Below the pieces are notes generated by a model, which worked only from the letters and a program-made list of their open reading frames with translations, searched no databases and had not been told where the DNA came from. Below are positions 1 to 12,595 of a stretch of 64,000 nucleotides of DNA, piece after piece. Within the stretch, counting starts at the first letter, position 1. Each line of letters starts with the position of its first letter. This DNA is from Trichoplax adhaerens (taxonomy: Eukaryota > Animalia > Placozoa), in the NCBI RefSeq assembly GCF_000150275.1, contig NW_002060965.1, forward strand, positions 1 to 64,000. The letters are read 5' to 3'. A program made the position numbers and the translations under genes.

Positions 1-1879
1 TAAATGTCAGGAAGAAATTTATAAATTTAGCAAATTAAATTCCGATGTGTTAAGTCATAACGCCTTTATAATTATTGTAGCAGTATGTGATGTTATTTGT
101 CTAGCCGACTGTATCGACTATTACAAGCTTTGATGTACTTTCTGTTAGTAGGGAAAAGTTATACTTAACAAGTAAAACGCTGTCGTTTACTACAGTATAG
201 TCATGTTACTCAATTGCACAAAAATTAGTTAACGTAATAGTTGATGATAATTACTTATAAATTTTAAGATATCCATTTTTAATTTTGCTATTCAATTTCA
301 TTATAATACCGATATCGTTACATAGATACTGAAATTCAATATTTTTACATAGGTTGATATGCTGTAGTATGTTTGGTTTCGTAAGTACTAGATAATTGTG
401 AATTACAATTGCAGCCATTTAATTCAGTTAATATAAAGGTATTATTCCTGCGTAATTTAAATCATGCTTAAATAAATCTTTTACAAATTACTTGTATCCA
501 GTACCAAAGTTATTGTGTATTATACATTCAAACAAAAACTACTTTACCTCACTCACTACTTTTATAAGGCTAATACTCTATACGTTTCAGTGATTGAACT
601 ATCTTGATCAATACTGCTAGTAACTCGCGTTTACCGCGTTAAAAGCGACTATGGAAATACTTTACCGTTCTTTACAGCCCAGCATCATACTTTCATATAT
701 CTGTTACAGGCCATATAATTAATAAAATTAAAAAGCAGCACATTAATTATATTTAGTGTAGTTGCTAGAACTTAGACGGTCGTTTCGATTATATAGCTGT
801 AATACGCGTACGAGAATAAGGAGCATTACAAAAATTTCACTAATATTAGCCAAACAGCAAAATCGTTCCAAACTTGAAGGAGAAGGACAGAAGTATATAA
901 AGACTTGAAGCAAATTCTTAGCTAATAATTTACGCTGATACTGCAATATAAGCATAGGCTAGCATTCCAAAGCAATAAGTAGAACATACATTATAGAAAA
1001 TAGATATTATTATCTATATAGCGTATAGATTTTATATAGTGCATAAACGTTTAGGACAATCTAGCACACCCTTAGTAATTATGTAATACGCTTACAGTAG
1101 TTTTGCTATAATATTCTGAACAATAATTGTATATTATAAAGAAATAAATTAGCTGTGACTTTGCTATTTAAGATTTTGATTCGTCATTCAACTTTGGAAC
1201 GAGCAGAGTCAGAATAGAAAGAGTACCAATAATTATGGAAAGTGATAAAATTCTCAAGAAATACTTTTCACGGTTTTCTATTCTATAATGACTGAGTGAT
1301 CTATCGCTGAAAACTTAAGTTTACACGACTTTGTTACGACTGTTAGTAGTATGCGTGAAAAGTTAGACACGAATTAATAAATGTGAATGATTTTATTAAA
1401 TTTTTCTTGGATAGCATTGAGTATACCGCTAATATTTTGCTAATAATTTTTAGTAGCTAAACGCTATTAAAATAGGGCTGGTATGCCGTAGTTATACCGT
1501 TAATTGTAATTTATTTCGAAAATAAATGCAGTTACAATAGCTATTTGCTATCCCGAATCGACAAATAAACTAGAATGCTGCTGCTTCTAATTTAACCTAC
1601 TAATTACACGATAATCCAAACAAAATATATTATTTACGGCATTTTGTGGTTATGTTGTAAACACTGAATAGCCCTTGAGTCTCAATAAGTATATATTTAA
1701 TTCGAATCACGAGCTAATAACAAATAATATTATAGAACTGCCATTATTAATATCTGCAATTCAGGGTACTTATATAGCTTAACTAGCCCTAAAAGTCTTA
1801 CGATGCGGTGTAATGTGTTACACAAGTAACCAATTGAAACAATAAAAATAATAGACAGTTACCAAATGAGAAATCCAAT

Positions 1880-2724
1880 TTACTCGGCATATGCCCCACC
1901 TATCCACCAAGCAGTAGTTGAATTTTTGTTGGCAGTACAAGAAAATGTTGGATTATGAGAGTTATAGTGGCCAAACACGTCTTCACTAGCCACAAAATTA
2001 GTAAAGCCAAATTTGCTACAATGGCTTACTGCGGCAGTAAGATCGATATGAAGATGATGTGAACTAGAAGCATAAAATGGCATCTGGCACTTTCTACATG
2101 ATTGCCCTCTGATATTGATATAATCTACCTCTACACAGCCACCGTTTATATTACTGAGAGTAGAAGCACCTCTACATGCCGAGAATCTTATATAGTCGCG
2201 ACGATTAGCTAGACCAGTTCCTTCAATGATATTGAAATTGCATGTTGAACGATAATGTGTGGATCCATAAGAAGATAAAACAGAAGACATATGATGGGAT
2301 GGAAGGCGAAAGAGAGACATAGAGGTATGACATTCGCCTAATGGGATATTGACACTGAAGCCCTTATTATGTTGTGCTTTTTGAGCATTTTCGAGAGTCA
2401 TAGATTCAATTAATGTCCAAGCGAAAGGCGGTTCTGATTCGAAATCGCAAAAACTTCGGAACGGGTTACCGTTAGCATCATAAAGAGTGAAAAAGCCATT
2501 TTCAGTAGCTTTAAGGAATTGTTTAACTTCATAGCATGATTTAGGTTTGTGATGTGTCTACAGAAGTAAACGTCATTATTCATATTACAGATCGAAATCA
2601 AGGGAATTAGAATTACTAAAGGTATACGAGTATATCCGATCTAAACTTGAGCTATTAGACTTACATTTGGCATGACAAGTGGCAAAAGAGCCACAATTGC
2701 AAAGAGAGACCAGATTTTGATCAT
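1880..2724 (-). CDS. Secreted intelectin/fibrinogen-N-terminal-like protein, type A copy 1 (245 aa; exons 2724-2665 and 2557-1880)
   Basis: Exon 1 encodes signal peptide MIKIWSLFAIVALLPLVMPN, then a gtaagt donor. A phase-0 ctgtag acceptor gives THHKPKSCYEVKQFLKATENGFFTLYDANGNPFRSFCDFESEPPFAWTLIES, continuous with the 1880-2401 ORF. The SCxEx..NGxxxL..FCD..WTL motif is the N-terminal FReD/intelectin signature. The Cys-rich C-terminus ends TAWWIGG. Confidence 0.85.
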
Positions 2725-4020
2725 CTTGAATTATATAAGTAAGGAATTTTATGTTACGCTACTTGCATAAAATTGATGCGGTTGTATTCAAGATTGTGTG
2801 AGAAGAGTGTAAGCTTAATTTCAATCGTGAGCGGTTTTATACTACGAACAGTATTCTGCTATTTTAGTGGCTCACTTGTGGACTAAAAATAGCCTGCTGT
2901 GTTAATGGGAAAACACTAAAATGTTTATTCCTTTATTCCATGTTCTACTTTAAATACAATGACTATTATGCAAGATAGAATCTGAATTTTCTATTAGTCT
3001 AGCATCGCACCAAATAATGTCTGCCTCAATTTGATGGATATTAATTAACGAGTAATTGTAAAAGCGGGTTACTTCTTCTTCTAAGCTTATAATTTATACC
3101 AAGTACCGTCACAAATATTAACAATTGCTTAGTAAGCAAACAGAATTGTCAATAATGTCTAATGTATATGTTATTTCGCTCTTTTATACTGTTTATCCCT
3201 TAGCTTGTACTGATTTAAGTGTATCAATATAGGAAGATTAAAATTTGTCCGGGTTGGATATCAAGTATAATTTTCATGACGATTTTCTTAGAACGATGAA
3301 CCTTGATTAACCTTGTTGAAAGTTTATCATGACTGCAATTCCTTTACTACACTATTACATAAAGCTATTAATATCGAATTGATAGTAAGAAAACAACTTG
3401 CTGAGATATCAGAACTTAAGAGAATAAAAGTTAATTCGATTTGCGATTTCGAATAGGCGTTGAAAAAAATTGTCACCTCATTCGTAAGTTAGTTATTCGA
3501 TTAAATACGAGAAGCAGAAATCCCTTGCTATTGTCATTTATTCAACGCCTTAATAACCTTTCGATTACTTTACTGAATGATTCCAAGAAATCACACGTTG
3601 AGTAAGTTAAAGACTTCTGTAAAATAAATTGACACATTCTTGAAAGCCTGCCCTACATTAGATGGTCGTATTTAATTAATAATCACAATAGCTACAATAA
3701 CCTTCATATGGCATGTTTAGGCATAGCCTCGCTTCGACTTTCAATCTAGATGATATATTTATCAATAGTATATACGATTTTATTCTTAATAAATAAACAT
3801 TTATGATTTAAATTTTCTATTGTAGTTTATCTGATTGATAAATACTTGTTAATCGATGATGCTCACATTTATGTATACGGTAGACATGATTCTATTATTA
3901 TTGAATAAACTTACACAGTTTAATTTCCCACTGAAGTAGGCGAAGTTAATTGTATTCTTTTCTGCTTAATTATACTCTCTCCTTTGTAGATTGTAGATAT
4001 GATTCCATTATATTTATATA

Positions 4021-4922
4021 NNNNNNNNNNNNNNNNNNNNNNNNNNNNNNNNNNNNNNNNNNNNNNNNNNNNNNNNNNNNNNNNNNNNNNNNNNNNNNNN
4101 NNNNNNNNNNNNNNNNNNNNNNNNNNNNNNNNNNNNNNNNNNNNNNNNNNNNNNNNNNNNNNNNNNNNNNNNNNNNNNNNNNNNNNNNNNNNNNNNNNNN
4201 NNNNNNNNNNNNNNNNNNNNNNNNNNNNNNNNNNNNNNNNNNNNNNNNNNNNNNNNNNNNNNNNNNNNNNNNNNNNNNNNNNNNNNNNNNNNNNNNNNNN
4301 NNNNNNNNNNNNNNNNNNNNNNNNNNNNNNNNNNNNNNNNNNNNNNNNNNNNNNNNNNNNNNNNNNNNNNNNNNNNNNNNNNNNNNNNNNNNNNNNNNNN
4401 NNNNNNNNNNNNNNNNNNNNNNNNNNNNNNNNNNNNNNNNNNNNNNNNNNNNNNNNNNNNNNNNNNNNNNNNNNNNNNNNNNNNNNNNNNNNNNNNNNNN
4501 NNNNNNNNNNNNNNNNNNNNNNNNNNNNNNNNNNNNNNNNNNNNNNNNNNNNNNNNNNNNNNNNNNNNNNNNNNNNNNNNNNNNNNNNNNNNNNNNNNNN
4601 NNNNNNNNNNNNNNNNNNNNNNNNNNNNNNNNNNNNNNNNNNNNNNNNNNNNNNNNNNNNNNNNNNNNNNNNNNNNNNNNNNNNNNNNNNNNNNNNNNNN
4701 NNNNNNNNNNNNNNNNNNNNNNNNNNNNNNNNNNNNNNNNNNNNNNNNNNNNNNNNNNNNNNNNNNNNNNNNNNNNNNNNNNNNNNNNNNNNNNNNNNNN
4801 NNNNNNNNNNNNNNNNNNNNNNNNNNNNNNNNNNNNNNNNNNNNNNNNNNNNNNNNNNNNNNNNNNNNNNNNNNNNNNNNNNNNNNNNNNNNNNNNNNNN
4901 NNNNNNNNNNNNNNNNNNNNNN
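4021..4922. other. Assembly gap (run of N)
   Basis: Continuous N bases; the long ORFs spanning it are artefacts. Confidence 1.
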
Positions 4923-5268
4923 CCAACAAATGGTGTATCGGATTCAAAATCGCAATAAGTAGTGTAAGGACTGCCTAAGCTATCGAATAGATTATAAAAT
5001 CCATTCTCGTTAGCTTGAAGATACTCTTTGACTTCATAACAAGATTTAGCGCGATGCTTGATAACCACCTATCAACAGTAAAATATGATTTTAATACTAG
5101 TCCTATTAGTAGAAATAGTAATTTGCTAAAAATGTTACTGTAATCATGAAGCATAGCAACAGCAAAGAAAAGAGTTTCTTCATTAAGTATGTAGCTAGAA
5201 TATACCGAAGAAAATCCATTGGGTACAATAGCAGCTAGGATAACAACAAATGCGATCAATCTGGACAT
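4923..5268 (-). CDS. Secreted intelectin/FReD-N-like protein, type B copy 1, 5' part only (exons 5268-5206 and 5068-<4923; remainder in the gap)
   Basis: Signal peptide MSRLIAFVVILAAIVPNGFSS|gtatat, then gatag|VVIKHRAKSCYEVKEYLQANENGFYNLFDSLGSPYTTYCDFESDTPFV. Paralogous to type A with the same phase-0 intron. Confidence 0.8.
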
Positions 5269-8115
5269 TTTTCTAGCTAAAGGTAGAAAATAGAAAAGAA
5301 GACAAGCAGTAAAATATTGAATAGTATTCGAATTCGAACTGCAGTTCACACACTCTCTACAATTCAAACTGGAAAATATGAACAATTGGGCGCGATGCAG
5401 TTATATATATTGCAGGATTAAAAATGTCTATATCTAATGTTATTGTTATACATAAACCTCAACACATCATAGACCGGGTATCAAGCTGATGGCGGTAATT
5501 AACTATCGCTTTACGTCTGATCTTACATCAGCCTCTCTTTGATGCCCAAACATATTTTGTAATAATTAATTACAATGTAAGCTACTAAATTCGAGATTGA
5601 TTTAGATTATATTATTCACTTTCCTCTCTCTCTAAATGTAATTGAATAGACTAGAAAAAATTCTTCATCACCAGCTGTAACCTTTATTCTACTCGAGTAA
5701 ACTTGTTAAAGTAAAGATTCTTTCGTGTATATAACGGGATAACCGTATGCTGAATTATAAAGCGAACAATGAAGTGAGAGTTTTTTTAATTTTATCAGTT
5801 ATCAAAATACGAACTACATTAGCATCAAGTAAAAAAAACTTAGTATGGCGTACTGTATTGGCATATAGAAATGCAATGCTGAGGTACAAATTATCATATT
5901 TTCTACAAAGTAATTTAAAGCAGAATATCTACGTGATAAAATTAAGTAAAATAGTAGATAAAACTATCGCTAATTGATTATGGCTATTTTTATTTGATAT
6001 CCAGTTAAGATATTAACACCATGGCCACATTTTATACATCTTATTAAGGAAATCATTTCGATTAATATTGACATATGAAATAGAAAGTATTATAGTAGAT
6101 AATGCGTACATAAAGTTTTTAGCAGACAGTAGTTGCTAATAAGACAACTCAGGTACTGTATGAACTACTTGTAATAAGTGCTTAATTAGGGCCACGACCG
6201 ACAGCCTCGATGCTATCTTCTAGTAATTATGTACTACAATGTCATATCGTTAGTAAGATTCGCATTTTCGCCAGTTCTTGCATATTAGGCCTTAATCTGC
6301 TTTGCAAATAGTACTGGTCAAAGACCATTTAGAATAGTAAAATAAGAGCCTTAAATATAGTAGCATATAGACTATTACGCTTATCCAAAGGCTAATCATA
6401 TAAGAGTAAAGATAAATACAGTACGATGGTAAACTACTTTTACTGGACAAAACCACCTTTAAGGAACTATTACTAAGCATAGTATTGATACTAACTTGTT
6501 TCTAACTGTATCAACTAATGATTATAAAAAGTATGCTGTAGGATTGACTATAAGCTATTTCAGCGGTTGTTTATTATTAATACGTGATCACTGCAGATTA
6601 TAACAGATTGTGTGCCAAGGCTATCTTGAAAACGGAGTATCGTTTACACGGAATAGAACAAATTACAACATCAGAATTAGCAGTTTCATTGGTTATAATA
6701 GTTAGCTCCTTACTCGATGAAGTAAAAATTTCAATTCCTTCAACAGCTGCTTAGCTGCTTTTTACTTGCCAAATATTAAGACGGCTTCTATTTTTATAAC
6801 AATCAACATAAGAAATAAGCCTCAGTTTCATGTAGCCATTGCAAGAAAAATGAACATTTCATTAGAATACTAGTATAAAATTGTTGTAATGGTAATTTAT
6901 TAAATTTCTTAATCAATTATCATTTGATGATATAATTAATTGAACGATTACAACCATTACTGTATATATTGAGCGGTAAGCTCAAAGGCTGATATAAAAT
7001 AAAATTTATAAGTTCCTTTGAAAAACTGTCCTACATAGGTTGTCTTATTTAAATGATTACAATAAATTTAGTAGCCTTGGCGAGACATGTTTAGTTCCAG
7101 CCTCGTTATGAAATCAGATCTTACCTACTATTGATTATTTCCATTAGCAAAGTAAAGGATCTTGATGGATTTATTGACGAATATGAATAGAGTTTGGCTT
7201 TATGATTTACTTGCCGCTTAAAGTAGATTTGATTGATTGAACTATTTTGTTAGCTATGCTCACGTTCGTAGATGGTAGATGCGATTCTAATATTAATTAA
7301 TTAATCAATAATCTCTTGTAATTCAGTTTCCGATTGCAGTAGATCTTATTAAGAACTTCTACCGCATTATCTCCACCTTTTCGATAGCAGAATGTGATTC
7401 TATTATTGACTGAACTTTCGTGATTCAATTTTCGATTGAAGTAAATCGGATGAACGATATTGCCTCCAGATTGATTATACTGTACTTTATGCTGTATAAG
7501 CTTATATCTGATTCTATTATTATTATTCCATAACCAGTCAATACAAATGACGATTTATGGCAGACTGAGAGAGAGTTGAAGATACTCTGCTATTGATGTT
7601 GTTATTGTAGAGCTGTTGTGATTTGGTTACCAATATTGGTTAGCAGAAATTAAGTTTAAAGCATTCAATTGATAAGGTTAAAATTAATGCAATACTAGGA
7701 ATTCTCTAAGTCCATGAGTGATCCATCGTTGATCGATTTTAAGTTTACATGATTTTGTTAGAAACTGCTAGTAACATTCATAAAAAATTAAACACGAATC
7801 GATAAACCTAAAAAATTTTATTACATTCCTATTGGATAACATTGAGTATACAGCTAATATTTCGCCAATAATTAATAACAGCAATACGCTATTAAAAATA
7901 GGGCTGCCATTATTATACCGTTAATTTTAATCTATTTGGAAAATAACAACAGTTATAATAGCTATCTGCTGTCCAGAATCCACAAAAAAACTGAAATGAT
8001 GCTTCTTATTTTAACCTAATGGTTACATGATAGTACTAACAAAATACATTATCTATAGTATTCGGTAGAGATGTTGTAAAATACGAAATAACCCTTGAAA
8101 TACGAGATCCAATTT

Positions 8116-8960
8116 TTACTCGGCATATGCCCCACCTATCCACCAAGCAGTAGTTGAATTTTTGTTGGCAGTACAAGAAAATGTTGGATTATGAGAGTTA
8201 TAGTAGCCAAACACGTCTTCATTGGCTACAAAATTAGTAAAGCCAAATCTACTACAAGTAGTTGTTGCGGCACTAAGATCGATATGAAGATGATGTGAAC
8301 TAGAAGCATAAAATGGCATCTGGCACTTTCTACATGATTGCCCTCTGATATTGATATAATCTACCTCTACACAGCCACCGTTTATATTACTGAGAGTAGA
8401 AGCACCTCTACATGCCGAGAATCTTATATAGTCGCGACGATTAGCTAGACCAGTTCCTTCAATGATATTGAAATTGCATGTTGAACGATAATGTGTGGAT
8501 CCATAAGAAGATAAAACAGAAGACATATGATGGGATGGAAGGCGAAAGAGAGACATAGAGGTATGACATTCGCCTAATGGGATATTGACACTGAAGCCCT
8601 TATTATGTTGTGCTTTTTGAGCATTTTCGAGAGTCATAGATTCAATTAATGTCCAAGCGAAAGGCGGTTCTGATTCGAAATCGCAAAAACTTCGGAACGG
8701 GTTACCGTTAGCATCATAAAGAGTGAAAAAGCCATTTTCAGTAGCTTTAAGGAATTGTTTAACTTCATAGCATGATTTAGGTTTGTGATGTGTCTACAGA
8801 AGCAAATGGCATTATTTTTATTACAGATCGAAATCAAGGGAATTACAATAACTAAGGGTATACAAGTATATCCGATCTAAACTTGAGCTATTAGACTTAC
8901 ATTTGGCATGACAAGTGGTAAGAGAGCCACAATTGCAAAGAGAGACCAGATTTTGACCAT
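8116..8960 (-). CDS. Secreted intelectin/FReD-N-like protein, type A copy 2 (245 aa; exons 8960-8901 and 8793-8116)
   Basis: Same two-exon structure as 1880-2724, offset 6236 bp; signal peptide MVKIWSLFAIVALLPLVMPN. Confidence 0.85.
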
Positions 8961-9917
8961 CTTGAATTAGATAAGAAAGGAAATTTGTGTAACGCTACTT
9001 GCATAAAAATGATGCGGTTGTATTCAAGATTGTGTGAGGAGAATGTAAGCTTAATTTCAATCGTGAGCGGTTTTATACTAAGAGTATTATTCTACTATTA
9101 CAAGGCTCACTTGTGGACTACAAATACCTGCTGAGTTAATTAGAAGACTGCGGGGTCAAATTTCTATTTTCATTCCCTGTTCTAACTTGATATACAATGA
9201 CTATTATATAAAATAGAATTAAAATTTTCTTCAGCCTAGCCTCACCAAATGATATCTGCCTCAATTTGATGGATATTAATTAAGCTAGTATGAAGCAGGT
9301 TCCCTCTTCTAAGTTTACAATTTATACCAAATACTATTTCAAGTATTTACTATTCCCTAAGTAAGCAAACAACATTGCCAATAATGCCAATTGCATGTGG
9401 CATTTTACATTTTTACACTGTTTACCCTTTAACTTTATGCGGATGTAAAAACTAATATAGAAAGATTGAACTTTGCCCAAGGTTGGATATTAAGTATAAT
9501 CTGTCATTGTTGTATTATTAGTACTGTGATCGCATTATTCTCTGCTGTTTTCTCAGTGCTCGTATACAAGCGTTCACGATTGTTAAATTGAAGTTTCTCT
9601 CCGGAGATTACAAGTCCTACATCGCCAAGCAATAACTTAGGATCTACAGATATTGCGTCATTCGTAGCTTAAATTGTGTTTAGTGTTGTATGTAGTGAAA
9701 TAAATTATTAGTTAACTGAGAGTTACTAAATTTATTTATTATTTAGTAGAGCATATATCTCAGCTAGCTAGTAATCAGTGTACCTTGTGAGCTACCCCTG
9801 CTCCGTCAAAATAAACTGAGCGGTAACAATCGCCACAATTTTCAAGAATTATGACCTTTAATTAATCATGCTGAAAGCTTGTTATTACTATAATTCATTT
9901 ACTGTACGCCATTAATA

Positions 9918-10165
9918 TTCCTAAGCTATCAAATAGACTATAAAATCTATTTTCGGTAGCTTGAAGATACTCTTTGATTTCTTAACAAGATTTAGCGTGA
10001 TGTTTGATAAACTGCTAACAGTAAAATATGATTTTAATATTAATTTTATTAGTAGAATAAGAATTTGTTAAGAATGTTACTATAGATAGCATAGCAATAA
10101 CAGTAAAAGGAATCTATCCATGAAGTAAGTAGCTAGAATATACCCGATAAAAATCCATCGGGTAG
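9918..10165 (-). pseudogene. Pseudogene of type B lectin
   Basis: Reads QFIKHHAKSC*EIKEYLQATENRFYSLFDSLG (TAT to TAA at 9982-9984). Homology ends after DSLG, and the signal-peptide exon has a deletion removing the ATG relative to 5206-5268. Confidence 0.8.
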
Positions 10166-12595
10166 CTAAAGATGAACTTAAGAAAAGATGACATGCAATA
10201 AAATATTAAACAGCATTCGAATTCGAACTGCAATTCCCATACACTCTCTTTAATCTAAACTGAACAATATCGATAATTGGATGCCATACACTTATTTATA
10301 CAGCAGGATTACAGAAGTCTATATCTAATGTTATTGTTATACATCAGAAGTTGAGGGCGGTAATTAATTATCAATTTAGGTCTGATCTTATACTAGCCTC
10401 TCTTTCATGCCCAAATTGTTTTTTGCAGTAATTAATTATAATATAAGCTACTAAATTTGAGATTCAGATTACATTCATTATTTTCTTTTCTCTCTAAATA
10501 TAATTGAATAGACTATGCATGCTGAGTTATCAAGCGAACAATGAAGTAATATTTATTTCTAAAGTTATCATCGGCTATTATCAATATACCGGACTATATC
10601 AGCAGCAAGTACACAAAAACTTTGCATAATGTATAGATATAATCGATAGCGCAATGCTTAGGTATAGCTTTTCATATTTTTTAGAGAGTAATTTATAGCA
10701 TAACTTCTTCGTAATAAGATTGATAAAAATAATAGATAAAATAATAGAATGCAGCCTTCGCATGTCTATGTAAGTACGGCTAATTTATAGTTGTGATGAA
10801 ATTTCATTGTAAATGAACGAAAAATCATAATAGCTGACCACCGTTGCTTAATCATTTTTTGTCCAATTTTTTTTGATATCTAGTTAGATATTCATAAAAC
10901 AGCTGTATACAGTACATCTTATTTAGGTGATCATTTCGATTAATATTGACCTACGGAATAAAAGATATTGTAGTAGATGATGCATAAATAAAGCGTTTAT
11001 TAGATAGTTGCTTCTAATAAGATAACTATAGTACTCTTTGGGCTATTTGTATGAAGTGTTTAAGGCTAACTAAGGTTATGACCAATAGCCTCGAATTATT
11101 CCTATTTGAATAATCACGATGGCTGCAATGCGGAATATGCTTAATTCCGAGCTCATTTTAAAATTTGAATCTTGCCTACTAATTACCGTTTTCACTGACA
11201 TAGTAAAAAGATCTTGATGACTTTATTGATTAAGATGAAAATGATTCTGTTGAATGATTCACTGTTCAAATGAGAATAAATCCGATTGATGTGCTGTTGT
11301 TTACAGTATACTGTCATTTTTATAGATAGTAGTTGTGGTTCTATTATAATCTGGTATAATTTTATAAACTTTGATGATTCAATATTTGTTAAAGTAGATC
11401 TGATTGATTTTATTAAAATGATTTGTGGTAGATTATATTCTCGGCTTTGTAGTTACTTGAAATTTCTATAATTACGCAATAAAATTTCAAAAATCAAATT
11501 ACGATTGTATCGATTGTAGTAAGATTCTAATTTTCAAAACCTCGTTGCTTTTGTTAGTTGCATTTATAAAGTGTTAAATACTAGCAGATTGGACCGAAAA
11601 ACTTTATTAGATTCTTACACGTTTTAAAGCTAATAACAATCTTATATACGAGTATATCGCTAATTCTAATCTACCAGTCCGTAAAATAATTATAATAGTA
11701 AAATTTATTTGCTATCCAAGGTAGATAATAAGAACTATATCGATGCTACTTGTTCTGATCTTATAGTTGTGAGAATTTAGTTAGACGATGTAGAAAATTA
11801 TATTGGTTATGCCATTTCATCATGATACTGTAAAATATGCAATTGTATAAAAGTCGCTGAGGGCGCATTGAATTATAGTGACTAGGTCATATATGTAATT
11901 CTTTAAATCAACCGCTATTAAGATCCGTAGTTCAAATAATTATAAGTTGAAGTTTATATCGATTTATTCATGGATGAAATTGAATAGAGATTGGCTTTAT
12001 GATTTACTTACGGATTGGACTAAATACGATTGATTGGACTATTTCGTTGATTATGCACATGTTTAAATACTGGTAATCAATCTCTAGTGTTAAAATTAAA
12101 ATTGCATATTGAAGTAAGAATTTGTTAATTATAAGATACCAAATAATGATGCTCATAATTTCAAAAGATATCTTTCTAGATTGCTAATTAATAGCGTTCA
12201 TGAGATATTTAATTAAATCAAAAATTATAAGACATTACATGCCCTAGAGATGAAAAGCAGTTGTTAGATGTAGTTTGTACATAAGCAATTTATACAAAGG
12301 ATTTTAATATATTCTGATTTTAATCTATTCGTATGCAATGATTTGTGTCTTTTCTTTACTCAAGCACAAATATAAATGGTATGAAAAATCGATATACCAA
12401 AAGTATATCGATGAATACATATTGTCGAAAACACATAAATACAAATTTACTTTTTGGTACATAAGTTACCGGTAATTTTTGCGAATTAAATTAATTGAAG
12501 ACATCTTCGCTAAATAAAACGAATGCTTGAAATATCAGCTTCTTTTAGTATCGCATATTTGTATCATATAGATTCGTTTGCGTTTGAATTTTAAC

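Larger units (their letters stand above)
1240..11095. repeat. Tandem segmental duplication of the lectin A+B gene pair
   Basis: ~1240-3270 aligns by eye with ~7680-9500, and ~4970-6220 with ~9918-11095, including introns and intergenic DNA. Boundaries are approximate. Confidence 0.8.

Noticed and set aside
2410-2601. 63-aa ORFs at 2410-2601 and 8646-8837
   Set aside because: Wrong-frame overlaps of lectin exon 2.
3920-5068. Four ORFs of 319-382 aa spanning 3.9-5.1 kb
   Set aside because: Artefacts of the N gap; only the 5068-4923 lectin segment is real.
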